DNA of 64,000 nt from an uncultured Verrucomicrobiae bacterium (GTDB lineage: Bacteria; Verrucomicrobiota; Verrucomicrobiia; Chthoniobacterales; JAATET01), in NCBI GenBank assembly GCA_963719495.1, contig CAVRCI010000002.1, forward strand, positions 256,001-320,000, in the 5' to 3' direction. The notes below the pieces were generated by a model. It saw only the letters and a list, made by a program, of their open reading frames with translations. It had not been told where the DNA came from and did not search any database. This document shows positions 9,300 to 19,900 of the stretch, in pieces. A program made the position numbers and the translations under genes. Every line of letters begins with the position of its first letter. Position 1 is the stretch's first letter.

Positions 9300-10796
9300 A
9301 TGCCGACGCGAAACGCTGGATTACCGGAATTTCTGAGGGATTCCGAGCGTCGGATTCGGGGGCGGCGGGCGCGGTTGGCCTTGCTGGCGGGCGGGGGCGT
9401 GGTGGGTGGCGTCTTTGGAATTTCGCTACTGGTGCTGGCGCTGGGCGGTGGGTTCCCCGGGCGGTTGGTGGTGATCGCGGGGTTGGTCGGATTCGTTTTG
9501 GGGCTCGTGGGGGCTTGGTTTTGGCGGGTCGCGCGGTCGGAGGCGGCGCGGGGTGTGGATCGGGAATTGGGTTTGCCGGACTCGGTGATCAGCGCGCACG
9601 AGCTGGCGGAGACGGCGGTGCCGGACGTCTGGCGGGAGCGGCAATTGACGGATACCCTGGGGCGACTGGGGAACGACTGGTCGCGGACGGAGGCGCGGGC
9701 TTGGACCGGACCGGCGCTCACGGCGGCGGGGGTGTTCGTGCTTGGGGCGGTGCTGTGGTCGCAGAGCGGGCCGCGGGTCGACCCGGTGGAGTTGGCGGCG
9801 CGGGAGGCGTTCGCCGAGGATTCGAAGGAGCTCGAGACGTTGTTTGCGGATTGGGAGGAGGCGGCGGAATTGATGAACGATCCGGAATTCGAACGGTTGC
9901 TGCGGGATCTCGAGCCGCTGCGGGAGAAGCTGGCGGAGGGCGAGGTGCCGAGGAAGGAGGTGTTCCTGGAGATCGGGCGGCTGGAAGAGCGGCTGGAGGC
10001 GATGCGGGCGCAGGTGGCGGCGCAGTCGTTGGAGCCATTTGCGGCCGAGTTGGCGGAAGCGCTGGAGCAGGCCCCGGAGACGCAGGCGCTGGGTCGGGAG
10101 TTGCGGAAAGAGGATTTTGCGGCGGCTGGGGCGGAGGCCGAACGGGCGGCGGCGGACGCTCCGAAGTCGCTGTCGGCGGCGGCGGGGAACGCGGCGAGAC
10201 AGATGACGAAGGTGTCGAACTCGTTGGGCGAGGCCGGTCGGGAGCGGGCGGCGAAGGCGATGGAATCGATGGCCGCGGCGGCGCGGAGCGGGGACGGCGA
10301 GAAGATGAAAAAGGCGCTCGAGGAGCTGGGGCAGTGTCTGGCGCAGCAGTCGGCGCGGCAGAGCAAGGGGAAGTGTCTGGCGCTGCAGCTCGGTCAGCTC
10401 GGGATGTGCAAGAGTGGTCTGGCGAACGGGAAGTCACTCGCCGCGTGCCTGTCGATGATGCCGAAGCTGGCGGCGACCGTGTCGCAGACCTCGTCGCAAT
10501 CGGCGGGGAAGGGATCGAATTTATTGCGTCAGGGTGCGGAGACGGCGGCGCTGGCTCCGCTGTTGGCGGAGACGGTGAGCGGGACGATGGATTCTTCCGG
10601 CGAGAGCGAGACGACGTTGGAATCGACCTCGGACGCGCCCCGGCAGGGAACGGCAAGCCGGCGGGGAGCGGATCTGGCGGCGTATCAAGCGATGTCGGAG
10701 GAGGCGATCGAGGACGAGGCAATCCCGCTGGCGCACCGGACGACGGTGCGGCGGTATTTCGAGGCGATTCGCACGGACCTGGAGGTGACGCCGTGA
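9300..10796 (+). CDS. Membrane-anchored coiled-coil protein of MoxR/vWA operons
   Basis: 2-3 N-terminal TM helices, long helical region, C-terminal E.IP..HR..VRRYF typical of MoxR-operon partners. Confidence 0.75.
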   Translation: MPTRNAGLPEFLRDSERRIRGRRARLALLAGGGVVGGVFGISLLVLALGGGFPGRLVVIAGLVGFVLGLVGAWFWRVARSEAARGVDRELGLPDSVISAHELAETAVPDVWRERQLTDTLGRLGNDWSRTEARAWTGPALTAAGVFVLGAVLWSQSGPRVDPVELAAREAFAEDSKELETLFADWEEAAELMNDPEFERLLRDLEPLREKLAEGEVPRKEVFLEIGRLEERLEAMRAQVAAQSLEPFAAELAEALEQAPETQALGRELRKEDFAAAGAEAERAAADAPKSLSAAAGNAARQMTKVSNSLGEAGRERAAKAMESMAAAARSGDGEKMKKALEELGQCLAQQSARQSKGKCLALQLGQLGMCKSGLANGKSLAACLSMMPKLAATVSQTSSQSAGKGSNLLRQGAETAALAPLLAETVSGTMDSSGESETTLESTSDAPRQGTASRRGADLAAYQAMSEEAIEDEAIPLAHRTTVRRYFEAIRTDLEVTP

Positions 10797-11791
10797 GCCC
10801 GGATGATCCGAATGGCGTCGCGGAATTTCGCGAGAAGTTCGCAGGCCTCCGCGGGGCGGTTCAGCGCTTTATCGTGGGGCAGGAGGAGATCGTCGAGGGC
10901 GTCCTCATCGCGATCATCGCGGGGGGGCACGTTCTTTTGGAAGGCGTGCCGGGGTTGGGGAAAACGATGCTGGTGCGGTCGATCGCGAGTGCGCTGCGGC
11001 TGAACTTCCAGCGGATTCAATTCACTCCGGATCTGATGCCGGCGGATCTCATCGGGACGAACATTCTGGTGGACGACGGGCACGGGCACTCGCGGTTCGA
11101 ATTCTCGCAGGGGCCGATCTTCTGCAATCTCCTGCTGGGGGATGAGATCAATCGCGCGACGCCGAAGACGCAGAGCGCGCTGCTCGAGGCGATGCAGGAG
11201 CGGACGGTGACGGTGGCGGGTCAGACGCGGCCGCTCACTCGGCCGTTCTTCGTGCTCGCGACGCAGAATCCGCTCGAGATGGAGGGGACGTATCCGCTGC
11301 CGGAGGCGCAGTTGGACCGATTTTTCTTCAAGCTGCGGGTGCCGTATCCGTCGATGGACGAATTCGAGGAGATTCTGCGGCGGACGACGGAGGGCGAGCC
11401 GCCGGAGTTGGAGCCGGTCTTCGACGGGGGCGATCTGATCAAAATGGGGGACTTCGCGCGGGCGGTGCCGATCGCGCCCACGCTGCGGCGGCGGGCGGCG
11501 GAGCTGGTGATGTCGACGCACCCGGAGACGGCGGAGGCCCCGGAGGAGGTGAAGCGTTTCGTGCGCTACGGGGCGAGTCCGCGGGCGGGTCAGGCCCTCA
11601 TCCTGGCGGCGAAGGTGCGGGCGGTGCTGGCGGGTCGGTTTCACGTCGCGGGCGAGGATTTGCTGGCTTCGGCGCTGCCGGTCTTGCGTCACCGGATGAT
11701 GTTGAATTTCGAGGCACAGGCGGACGGGGTGGACACCGACGAGGTGCTGGGCCGTATCGCCGAGCGGTTGCGGCGGACGTGGTCGGAGTAG
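10793..11791 (+). CDS. moxR: MoxR-family AAA+ ATPase
   Basis: HVLLEGVPGLGKT (Walker A), RIQFTPDLMPAD, DEINRATPKTQSALLEAMQE, ATQNPLEMEGTYPLPEAQLDRF; GTG overlaps the upstream TGA. Confidence 0.97.
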   Translation: MSPDDPNGVAEFREKFAGLRGAVQRFIVGQEEIVEGVLIAIIAGGHVLLEGVPGLGKTMLVRSIASALRLNFQRIQFTPDLMPADLIGTNILVDDGHGHSRFEFSQGPIFCNLLLGDEINRATPKTQSALLEAMQERTVTVAGQTRPLTRPFFVLATQNPLEMEGTYPLPEAQLDRFFFKLRVPYPSMDEFEEILRRTTEGEPPELEPVFDGGDLIKMGDFARAVPIAPTLRRRAAELVMSTHPETAEAPEEVKRFVRYGASPRAGQALILAAKVRAVLAGRFHVAGEDLLASALPVLRHRMMLNFEAQADGVDTDEVLGRIAERLRRTWSE

Positions 11792-11825
11792 GTTCGTTCG
11801 CCGCGACGTTGCCCCCGAATTGCCG

Positions 11826-12725
11826 ATGATCGCGACGGACCCCGAGGCGTTGTTCGACGCGGAGACGCTGCGGAAATTCGAGAAGGTTGCGCTGGCGGCG
11901 CGTCAGATCGTGCGGGGTCGGCAGAGGGCCGAGCGGAAGAGCCATCAGCGCGGAGCGAGCGTGGAATTCGCGGAATACCGGCCGTTCGTGAGCGGCGACG
12001 ATTGGCGTTACATCGATTGGAACGCCTTCGCGCGGTGGCGGACGTTGGTGCTCAAATTGTTCGTCGAGGAGGAGGATCTGCACGTGCATCTTCTGCTGGA
12101 CGCGACGGGTTCGATGGATTGGGGCGAGCCGGTGAAGTTCGACCAGGCGCGGCGGGTCGTGGCGGGACTGGCTTACCTGGCGCTGGCGAATCTGGACCGG
12201 GCGGCGGTGGTGCCGTTGGGGAGTGGGGACGGGCGGGCGAGGGCGTTGCCGCCGATCCGGGGGCGGGAGCGGTTCGCCGGGATCGTGCGGTTTCTGGCGG
12301 AGTGTCCGGTGAGCGCCGAGCGGGTGGAGCTGGCGGCGGCGGTGCGGCGGTGGCTGGCGACTCGACCGAAGCGGGGATTGGTGATCTGGGTGACGGATCT
12401 GTTTGGCGCGACGCTCGACGATGGATTGGCGGCGCTGGACCGGCTGCGCTACGCGCGGCAGGAGGTCGCGGTGATCCAGCTGGTGGACGCGTCGGAGACG
12501 ATGGTGGCGGGGCGGGGGGAATTCGAATACGAGGATTGCGAGACCGGGGCGCGGCGGCGGGTCGTGGTGGACGCGGCGGCGGCGCGGCAGTATCGCGAGC
12601 GTTACGAGGCCTACGAGGCGCGGGTGGCGGCCTACGGGAAGAAGTATCAGGTGCCGATCCTGCGCGTGCGGACGACGACGGACGTGGCGGAGGTGCTCAC
12701 GCAAACGCTGGAATGGAGGCGCTGA
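11826..12725 (+). CDS. DUF58 domain protein
   Basis: GASVEFAEYRPFVSGDDWRYIDWNAFAR, LLDATGSM. Confidence 0.93.
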   Translation: MIATDPEALFDAETLRKFEKVALAARQIVRGRQRAERKSHQRGASVEFAEYRPFVSGDDWRYIDWNAFARWRTLVLKLFVEEEDLHVHLLLDATGSMDWGEPVKFDQARRVVAGLAYLALANLDRAAVVPLGSGDGRARALPPIRGRERFAGIVRFLAECPVSAERVELAAAVRRWLATRPKRGLVIWVTDLFGATLDDGLAALDRLRYARQEVAVIQLVDASETMVAGRGEFEYEDCETGARRRVVVDAAAARQYRERYEAYEARVAAYGKKYQVPILRVRTTTDVAEVLTQTLEWRR

Positions 12726-12726
12726 C

Positions 12727-14382
12727 GTGAGTTTTCTGTTTCCGGCGTTCTGGGCGGCGATGGCCCTGGCGGGGCCGATCGTGATCTTTTATCTGGTGCG
12801 GGAACGGCCGCGGCGGAGCCGGATGAGCACGCTGCTCTTCTGGGATTCCGAGAAGCCGAAGATCCACGAGACGCCGCTGTGGCGAAAACTGCGGAGGTGG
12901 CTTTCGCTGCTGCTGCAGATTTTGTTTCTGGCGTTGCTGGTCTTCGCGTTGGCGCGGCCGTTGGCGGATTGGGAGTCGGCGGCGGGGCGGCGGGAGGTGC
13001 TCATCGTCGATCCGAGCGCGAGCATGGGGGCGGCGACGGGTGGGGCGGACCGGTTGGCGGCGGCGGTCGAGGCGGCGCGGGAGGCGGTCGGGCGGCTGCG
13101 GTTCTTCGACGAGGCGGCGATCATCCTGGCGTCGGATCCGCCGCGCGTGCTTTCCGGGTGGACCCGGAGCCGGTCGCAGCTCGGACGGGCGCTCGACGGG
13201 GTGGGCGTCGAGGCGGCGGGAACGGACCCGCGGCCGGCGCTGCGGGTGGCGGGGAGTTTGGTCGCGGACCGCGAGGGGGCGGTGGTGCGGGTGCTGTCGG
13301 ACGGGGTGTGGGACCGGGAGGTGCCGGAGGATTTGACGGCGGGCGTGGTTGGGGCGTGGGGCGGCGCCGCGCCGCGAAACGTGGGGGTGACGGCGTTCGC
13401 GGCGCGGGCTTCGCTGGTCGGGCCGGGGGAATTTGCTTTGTTGCTGCGGGTCGAGGCGGCGGGCACGGAAGCCGTTTCGACGGAAGTCGAGGTCACACGG
13501 GACGGGAATCTCATCGACGCGCGGGAGATCACCGTCGAGCCGGGGGCGGCCTGGGAGGAGACGTGGACGCTGCCGGATTCGGAGGCGGGAACGTTCGCGG
13601 TGGCGCTCACGCCGGAGGGCGGGGACGCGCTGGCGGTGGACAATGGGGCGAGCGTGACGATCGCGCCCCAGCCGACGCTGGACGTGACGTTGGTGTCGGA
13701 GCCGGATGGGTTTCTGGAAGCGGCGTTCGCGTCGATTCCGAACGTGCGGGTGAACCGGGTGTGGCCGGTGGAGGCGGCTGGGTCGGGGGACGCGGCGAAA
13801 TTGTTCGTCTTCGCGGGCGCGGTGCCGCCGCCGGATTTTGCCGCGCGGGCGACCGTGTTGCTCACGCCGACGGAGAGCGGGCGGTGGGGCGGGTATCGGG
13901 GGGAGGTCGTGGATCCGCTGGTGAGCGAGGCTGATTTGGAGAACGAGATCCTCCGATTTACGGCGATCGACCGGGTGCGGGCCGGGCGGGCGGTGGAGTT
14001 CGACCCGGCGGCGGGGGCGACGACGTTGGCGTCGACGGTGGACGGGCCGCTGGTGTTCGGACGGTGGCGGGGGGCGGACCGGTGGCTGGTGATCGGGTTC
14101 GATCTGGCGGAGAGCGATTTCGTGCTGCGGACGTCGTTTCCGATCCTGATGGCGAACGTGGTGCAATCGCTGCGGGTGGGGAGTCCGGACGGCGAGCGGG
14201 CGGCGGTGGCTGGTGGGGTGGAGACGCGACTGGTGGCGGTGCCGCCGATCGGGGACGCGGCGGAGGTCGGGGGTGGCTGGGGCGCGTGGGCGGGGCGGCC
14301 GCTTTGGTGGTGGGCGGTGCTGCTGGGCCTGGTCTGGGTGGTCGGGGAGTGGTGGACGTATCAGCGGAGGGTGACGGAATGA
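12727..14382 (+). CDS. BatA N-terminal + vWA domain membrane protein
   Basis: MSFLFP...PIVIFYL...STLLFW...LLLQIL..LARP (BatA), MIDAS DPSASM, C-terminal TM ending EWW. Confidence 0.88.
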   Translation: MSFLFPAFWAAMALAGPIVIFYLVRERPRRSRMSTLLFWDSEKPKIHETPLWRKLRRWLSLLLQILFLALLVFALARPLADWESAAGRREVLIVDPSASMGAATGGADRLAAAVEAAREAVGRLRFFDEAAIILASDPPRVLSGWTRSRSQLGRALDGVGVEAAGTDPRPALRVAGSLVADREGAVVRVLSDGVWDREVPEDLTAGVVGAWGGAAPRNVGVTAFAARASLVGPGEFALLLRVEAAGTEAVSTEVEVTRDGNLIDAREITVEPGAAWEETWTLPDSEAGTFAVALTPEGGDALAVDNGASVTIAPQPTLDVTLVSEPDGFLEAAFASIPNVRVNRVWPVEAAGSGDAAKLFVFAGAVPPPDFAARATVLLTPTESGRWGGYRGEVVDPLVSEADLENEILRFTAIDRVRAGRAVEFDPAAGATTLASTVDGPLVFGRWRGADRWLVIGFDLAESDFVLRTSFPILMANVVQSLRVGSPDGERAAVAGGVETRLVAVPPIGDAAEVGGGWGAWAGRPLWWWAVLLGLVWVVGEWWTYQRRVTE

Positions 14383-16940
14383 GGGTGGAGTGGGCGGAGC
14401 CGTGGATGTTGCTGCTCGCGGCGCTCGGGTTCTTCGTGTGGCGCTGGCAGGTGGGGTCGCCGAGTCCGCTGGTGGGTTGGCGGCGGCGGGTGAGCGCGGG
14501 GTTGCGGTTGGCGATTTTGGTTTGTCTGGTGGTCGCGTTGGCGGAGCCGCGGTGGTTTGCGCGGACGACGCTGGGGCACGTGACGTGGCTCGTCGACGTG
14601 AGCCGGAGCGTCGGGGAGGGCGGCCGGGACGCGGCGCGCAAGCTGGCCGAGGCGGCGGGTGCCGGGCCGGCGGGGACTTCGCAGAGTTGGGTGAGCTTCG
14701 CCGGGCGGGCGGTGGCTTCGCCCGACGAGGAGGCGGCGCTGGAGGTGGCGACGGCGGAGGTCGACGGGGACGCGACGGATCTGGCCGGGGCGGTGCAGTT
14801 GGCGGTGGCGACGTTTCCGCCGGACCGGACGCGGACGGTGGTGCTGGTGAGCGACGGGGTCGAGACGGCGGGAGACCTGGCGGCGCAGGCGGCGGCGCTG
14901 CGCGCGGCGGGCGTGCGGGTTTTTTCCGTGCCGGTGCGGGACCGTGACCAGCCGGAGGTCGTGGTGCGCGGGGTGGAGGCTCCGTCGGAGGTGGCCGAGG
15001 GCGAGCCGTTTTACGTGCGGGGGACGATCCACAGCAATCGGGAGACGGCGGCGGAGGTGGACGTTTTTCGGGACGGGGTGCGGGTCGGAACGCGGGAGGT
15101 GCGGCTGCGGCGGGGCGTGAACACGTTCGAAACGACGCAGACGGTCCGGGGCGAGCGGACGACCGAGGTGGCGATGGTGGTGCGGGCGGAGGGCGACACG
15201 CTCGCGGATAACAATCAGGGCGCGGCGCAGGTGCGCTCGAGTGGGAGCGCGAAGGCGCTCATTCTGGCGGACGATCCCGACCGGGCGCGTCATTTGGCGC
15301 GGGCGCTGAAGTCGGAGGGAATCCTGCTCGACGTGCGGCCGGTGACGGGGGTGCCGACGGATCTCGGGGAGCTGCAGAATTACGATCTGGTGGCGATCGA
15401 CAACCTTCCGGCGACGGACCTTTCGATGCGGCAGATGGAGATCCTGGCGGCTTACGTGCGGGATTTCGGCGGTGGCTTGTTGATGCTGGGCGGGGAGAAT
15501 TCGTTTGGGTTGGGGGGGTATCACCGCACGCCGATCGAGGAGGTGTTGCCTGTGCGGTGTGATTTTCAGAAGGAAAAGGAGACGCCGTCGCTGGGCATGG
15601 TGCTGGTGATCGACCGGAGCGGGAGCATGGGCGGCGACAAGATCGAGATGGCGAAGAGCGCGGCGCGGGCGGCGGTGACGTTGCTGTCGCCGCGGGACTA
15701 CGCGGGGGTCGCGGCGTTCGACAACGAGGCGTTCTGGGTGGCGGATTTCCAGTCGGCGGCGGGGATGGCGGCGATCGAGCAACAGATTTCGACGCTCGAG
15801 GCGGGCGGCGGGACGAACATGGCGCCGGGAATGGAGTTGGCGCTCGACGCGCTGCGGTTGAGCTCGGCGAAGTTGAAGCACGTGATCCTGCTGACGGACG
15901 GGATCTCGACGCCGGGGCCGTTCGAGGAATTGGCGGCGCAGATGGTGGCCGAGCGGATCACGCTCAGCACGGTGGCGGTCGGATCGGGGGCGGACGCCGA
16001 GTTGCTCGAGTCGCTGGCTCGGCGCGGAAACGGTCGGTATTACGCCACGGATGCGCCGGAGAACATCCCGCAAATTTTCACGCGCGAGACGATGACGGCG
16101 TCGAAGTCGGCGATTCAGGACCTGCCGTTTTTGCCGGTGGTGGCGCGTCCGGCGGAGTTTTTGTCCGGGATCGATTTCGACTCGGCTCCGTTTTTGCTGG
16201 GTTACGTGACGACGCGGGCGAAGCCGACGGCCGAGCAGTGGTTGGTGACGGAGAGCGGCGAGCCTCTGCTCACGACGTGGCGTTACGGGCTGGGGCGGGT
16301 CGGGGCGTTCGCGTCGGACGCGCGGAACCGGTGGGGAGTCGAGTGGTTGAGCTGGCCGCAATACGGGACGTTCTGGGCGCAGACGTTCCGGCATTTGATG
16401 CGGCCCGGGGATTTGAGCGGTTTGCCGGTGACGATGACCGAGGAGGATGGGGGGTGGCGTTTGTCGGTCGACGCCGTGGACGCGGTGGGTCGTTTTCTGG
16501 ACGGCGCCGACGCGGAGGCGGCGGTCGTGGGGCCGACCGGGGACGTGCGGAAGGTGGCGCTGGAGCGGACGGCGCCGGGGAAGTTGACGGGCTGGTGGCC
16601 GGCGACGGAGCGCGGCGGCTACCACGCGCAGATCACGCTCGAGGACGCGAACGGGCCGCGGGGCAGTCAATACGTGAGCGGCACGATCGGGTACCCGCGC
16701 GAGCTGCTGCTGGAGCCTCCGAACGTCGGGTTGCTGGGGGATGTGGCGGCGGCGACGGGCGGGAAGCCCGACCCGGACGCGGCGGATCTATTTTCGAAAC
16801 ACCCGTTCGCGCTGGCGGCGGAGAAGGAGCTTTGGCCCTGGTGCGTGGGGATGGCGTTGCTGCTGTTCGTCTTCGACGTGGCCGTGCGGCGGCTGCATTC
16901 GCTGGGCCGCAATCCATCCCCAACCCCTGAAATATTATGA
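14379..16940 (+). CDS. Double vWA + glutamine-amidotransferase-like domain membrane protein
   Basis: MIDAS DVSRSV and DRSGSM, GGGLLMLGGENSFGLGGY..TPIEEVLPV, WRYGLGRV, C-terminal TM; ATGA coupling. Confidence 0.88.
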   Translation: MRVEWAEPWMLLLAALGFFVWRWQVGSPSPLVGWRRRVSAGLRLAILVCLVVALAEPRWFARTTLGHVTWLVDVSRSVGEGGRDAARKLAEAAGAGPAGTSQSWVSFAGRAVASPDEEAALEVATAEVDGDATDLAGAVQLAVATFPPDRTRTVVLVSDGVETAGDLAAQAAALRAAGVRVFSVPVRDRDQPEVVVRGVEAPSEVAEGEPFYVRGTIHSNRETAAEVDVFRDGVRVGTREVRLRRGVNTFETTQTVRGERTTEVAMVVRAEGDTLADNNQGAAQVRSSGSAKALILADDPDRARHLARALKSEGILLDVRPVTGVPTDLGELQNYDLVAIDNLPATDLSMRQMEILAAYVRDFGGGLLMLGGENSFGLGGYHRTPIEEVLPVRCDFQKEKETPSLGMVLVIDRSGSMGGDKIEMAKSAARAAVTLLSPRDYAGVAAFDNEAFWVADFQSAAGMAAIEQQISTLEAGGGTNMAPGMELALDALRLSSAKLKHVILLTDGISTPGPFEELAAQMVAERITLSTVAVGSGADAELLESLARRGNGRYYATDAPENIPQIFTRETMTASKSAIQDLPFLPVVARPAEFLSGIDFDSAPFLLGYVTTRAKPTAEQWLVTESGEPLLTTWRYGLGRVGAFASDARNRWGVEWLSWPQYGTFWAQTFRHLMRPGDLSGLPVTMTEEDGGWRLSVDAVDAVGRFLDGADAEAAVVGPTGDVRKVALERTAPGKLTGWWPATERGGYHAQITLEDANGPRGSQYVSGTIGYPRELLLEPPNVGLLGDVAAATGGKPDPDAADLFSKHPFALAAEKELWPWCVGMALLLFVFDVAVRRLHSLGRNPSPTPEIL

Positions 16941-19900
16941 GAATCGAGACGACGAAAGTGATGAAACGAATGGGCATCGCCCTCGCTGTGAGCGGGTTGA
17001 TGGCGGGCGTCGCGTGGGCTGGGCCGGACGAAATTTCGGAGACCGGCGCGCGCTACGAGACGATGTTGGAGCGGCAGCCGAAGCGGGGGACGGCGTTCGA
17101 GAAGGTGTATCTGGAATTTCTCGAGGCCGGGCGGCTCGACGAGTTGCGCGAGCGCTGGTCGGCGCGGGCGGAGGCGTCGCCGAGCTACGTTCTGCTGCTG
17201 GGCTACCTGGACGAGCGGCGCGAAAAGCTGGACGAGGCGCGGGCGGCTTTTGCGCGCTACGCGGAGCAGGCACCCGACGCGCCGGAGGGCTGGGAAGCGC
17301 TGGCGGGGCTGGATCATCGCGCGGGGCGGCTGGCGGAAGCGGCGGCGGCCCGGCGGAAGGCGCTCGAGCGGACGACGGACCCGGAGCGGCGGATCGCGCT
17401 GTACCAGGAATTGGCGCTGGAGCTGGAGCGGCAGTTTTTGACGGAGGAGGCGACGGTGGTGTGGCGGGAATTGGCCGAGGAGTTTGCCGACGAAACGTTG
17501 GTTTTGGAAGAGGTGTCGCTGGCGCTGGCGCAGGCGGGGAAGACGACGGAGGCGCGGGAAATGCTCGAAGGACTGGCGGCGAAACCGGAGCTTGACGCGT
17601 TTCAGCGAGTCGGGATCGAAGCGCGGATCGCGGGCCTGGAGGAGTTGGAGGGAAAGACGAAGCAGGCGAGGGAGCGGTACGATGGGCTGTTGGCGTCGAC
17701 GCGGCCGGGGAGTTGGTTGCACCGGGATCTGCGGGCGCGGATCGAGGCTTCCTACCGGCGGGAGGATGATCTACCGGGCTTGGTGACGTATTACGAAGGG
17801 CGGCTCGAGGCGTTGCCGCAGGACGTCGAGTCGGCGATCCGACTGGCCGAGGCGTTGCGGGAACTCCGCCGCGAGGGCGAGGCTTTGGATTGGCTGAAGC
17901 GGGCGGCGGAGTGGGCGCCCGATCGCGAGGAACTGCAAATTGCCTACGCCGAAGCGCTGATGGGGGCGGGGAATTTTCCGGACGCCATCGTGATCTGGAA
18001 GCGACTCATCCGCGAGAACCCGGAGACCGTGGATTTCCGCGAAAGTCTGGGCGAGACGCACTGGCGGGCTCACGAAGTCGCTTCGAACGCCGGGGGGGAT
18101 GGCACGAAGGACCGCGCGGCGGCGATCGAGGCCTGGCGGGGGATGGCTCCGTCGGACGGGAACGATCTGGCGCGGGTGGTGGCGCTCGCGACGGTGTGGG
18201 AGTCGCACGATTTGACGGCGGAGGCGCGGACGGAATACGAGCGGGCGCTGGCGATCGATCCCCGGGCGTCGGACGTGCGGGAGCGGCTCGCGATGTTGGA
18301 TCTGGCGGACGGCGAGAAGGAGCGGGCCTGGGCGATGATGGACGGGATCGTCCCGGTGGACGGCGCGGAGGTGCGGGATTACCTTTACCTGAGCCGGTTG
18401 CAGCAGCGCGTCGAGCGGACGGAGGCGTCCCTCGCGACGGTCGAAAGCGGATTGAAGAATTTCCCCGGGGACGTGGATCTTCTTCAACAGAAGCTGACTC
18501 TGGCGTCCGCGTCGGAGCGGTGGGACACGGCGCTGGCGGTGTGCGACGAGTTGCTGGCCGGGGCGGAGTCGGCGGCGACGGCGGCGGAATACGAGAAGCG
18601 GAAAGTGCGCATCCTCGTCGCGATGGACCGGGCCGAGGTGGTGGCGGCGGAGCTCGGGGCCCGGATCGGGGCCGAACCCGGTCTGAGCGAAAGCGAGTTG
18701 CGGTTGTTGATCCGCCTGCTCGAAGCGACGCCGAGCGAGGAGGATGCGATGGAAGCGGCCCTGGCCGAGGCGGAGGCGAGGTTTCCGGACAGTGTCGGGC
18801 TGATCGAGTTGCGGATCGCGGCTCTGGAGGCGGTCGAGCGGACGGCGGAGAAAATTGCGCTCCTGCGCCGCATGGCGGAGCTGGATCCATCGCGGCGGAG
18901 TGCGTGGCTGCGCGAAGTGGCGCGGATCGAATTCGAGACGCTCGACGACGAGGGGGAGGCGGCGCTCGCGACGTTGCGTGAATCGGTGGAGGCGTCGCCG
19001 GCCGACGTCGAGACGCTGGTCGGAGCTGCCGATCTGGCTGGACGCAACGACCGCATCTCGGACGCGGAGACGTGGTATCGCGAGGCCTCGCGCCTGGCGG
19101 AGCGCCCGGCGGACGCGCTGCTGCGGCTCGGATCGTTGTTCATGGGAGCGGACCGGTCGGACGAGGCGATCACGGTTTTCGAGGAGGCTTTCGAGGCGGA
19201 GACGGAGTCGCAGGGGAAACTCGGGATCATCAAGCAAATGACGCGAGCCTACCTGCAGGGTGGCCGGGCGACGGAGATCATTGATCGGTTCGAGCGGCGG
19301 CAACGCGCGGAGGGCGAGGGGGGCTGGCGATACGCGCTCTATCTGTCGGAGATCTACTTTCAAATCAGCGATTACTCCGCGGCCCGCGAGGAACTCGAGC
19401 GGGCGCTGGCTTCGCGGCCGAAGGACGCGAGCCTGCTCCGGCAGTTGGTCGCCGTCGCCGAGCGGGAGCAGAACTACGAGCAGGTCGAGAAATTTCAGCG
19501 GCTGCTCGCCGACGTCGAACCCGGGGAGAGCACGGAACTGGAACTGGCGTCGACGCTGTTGCAGAACGGGAATTTCGCCGACGCGCGGCCGTTGTTGGTC
19601 GAGAATTGGGACGCGCTCACGACGCGGGCGGGGCTGCTCCAGTCGCTGCTGGCTTCGGCCAAGACGGGTGCGACGGTCGAGCCGTTTCTCGCGATGATCG
19701 ATGCGCGGATGGCGGGCGACGAGGCTGGGTTGGAGTCCCGGCAGCGACGGTTGGAGATCGCGCTGGTGACCGAGGATCCCGAGGCGTCGCGGAAGCGGGC
19801 GCTGGATCTGTGGCGGGATCTGCAATCGGAGAAATTGTCGCCGCCGTCGGTGGATCCGAATGGGCCTCGGAGTTCGCCGTCGCCGATATTCGCCTACCTG

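Noticed and set aside
9185..10792. Apparent 868 aa MoxR with a long Gly/Arg-rich N-terminus
   Set aside because: The extension is an off-frame reading of the upstream gene; the real start is GTG 10793 after GGAGG.
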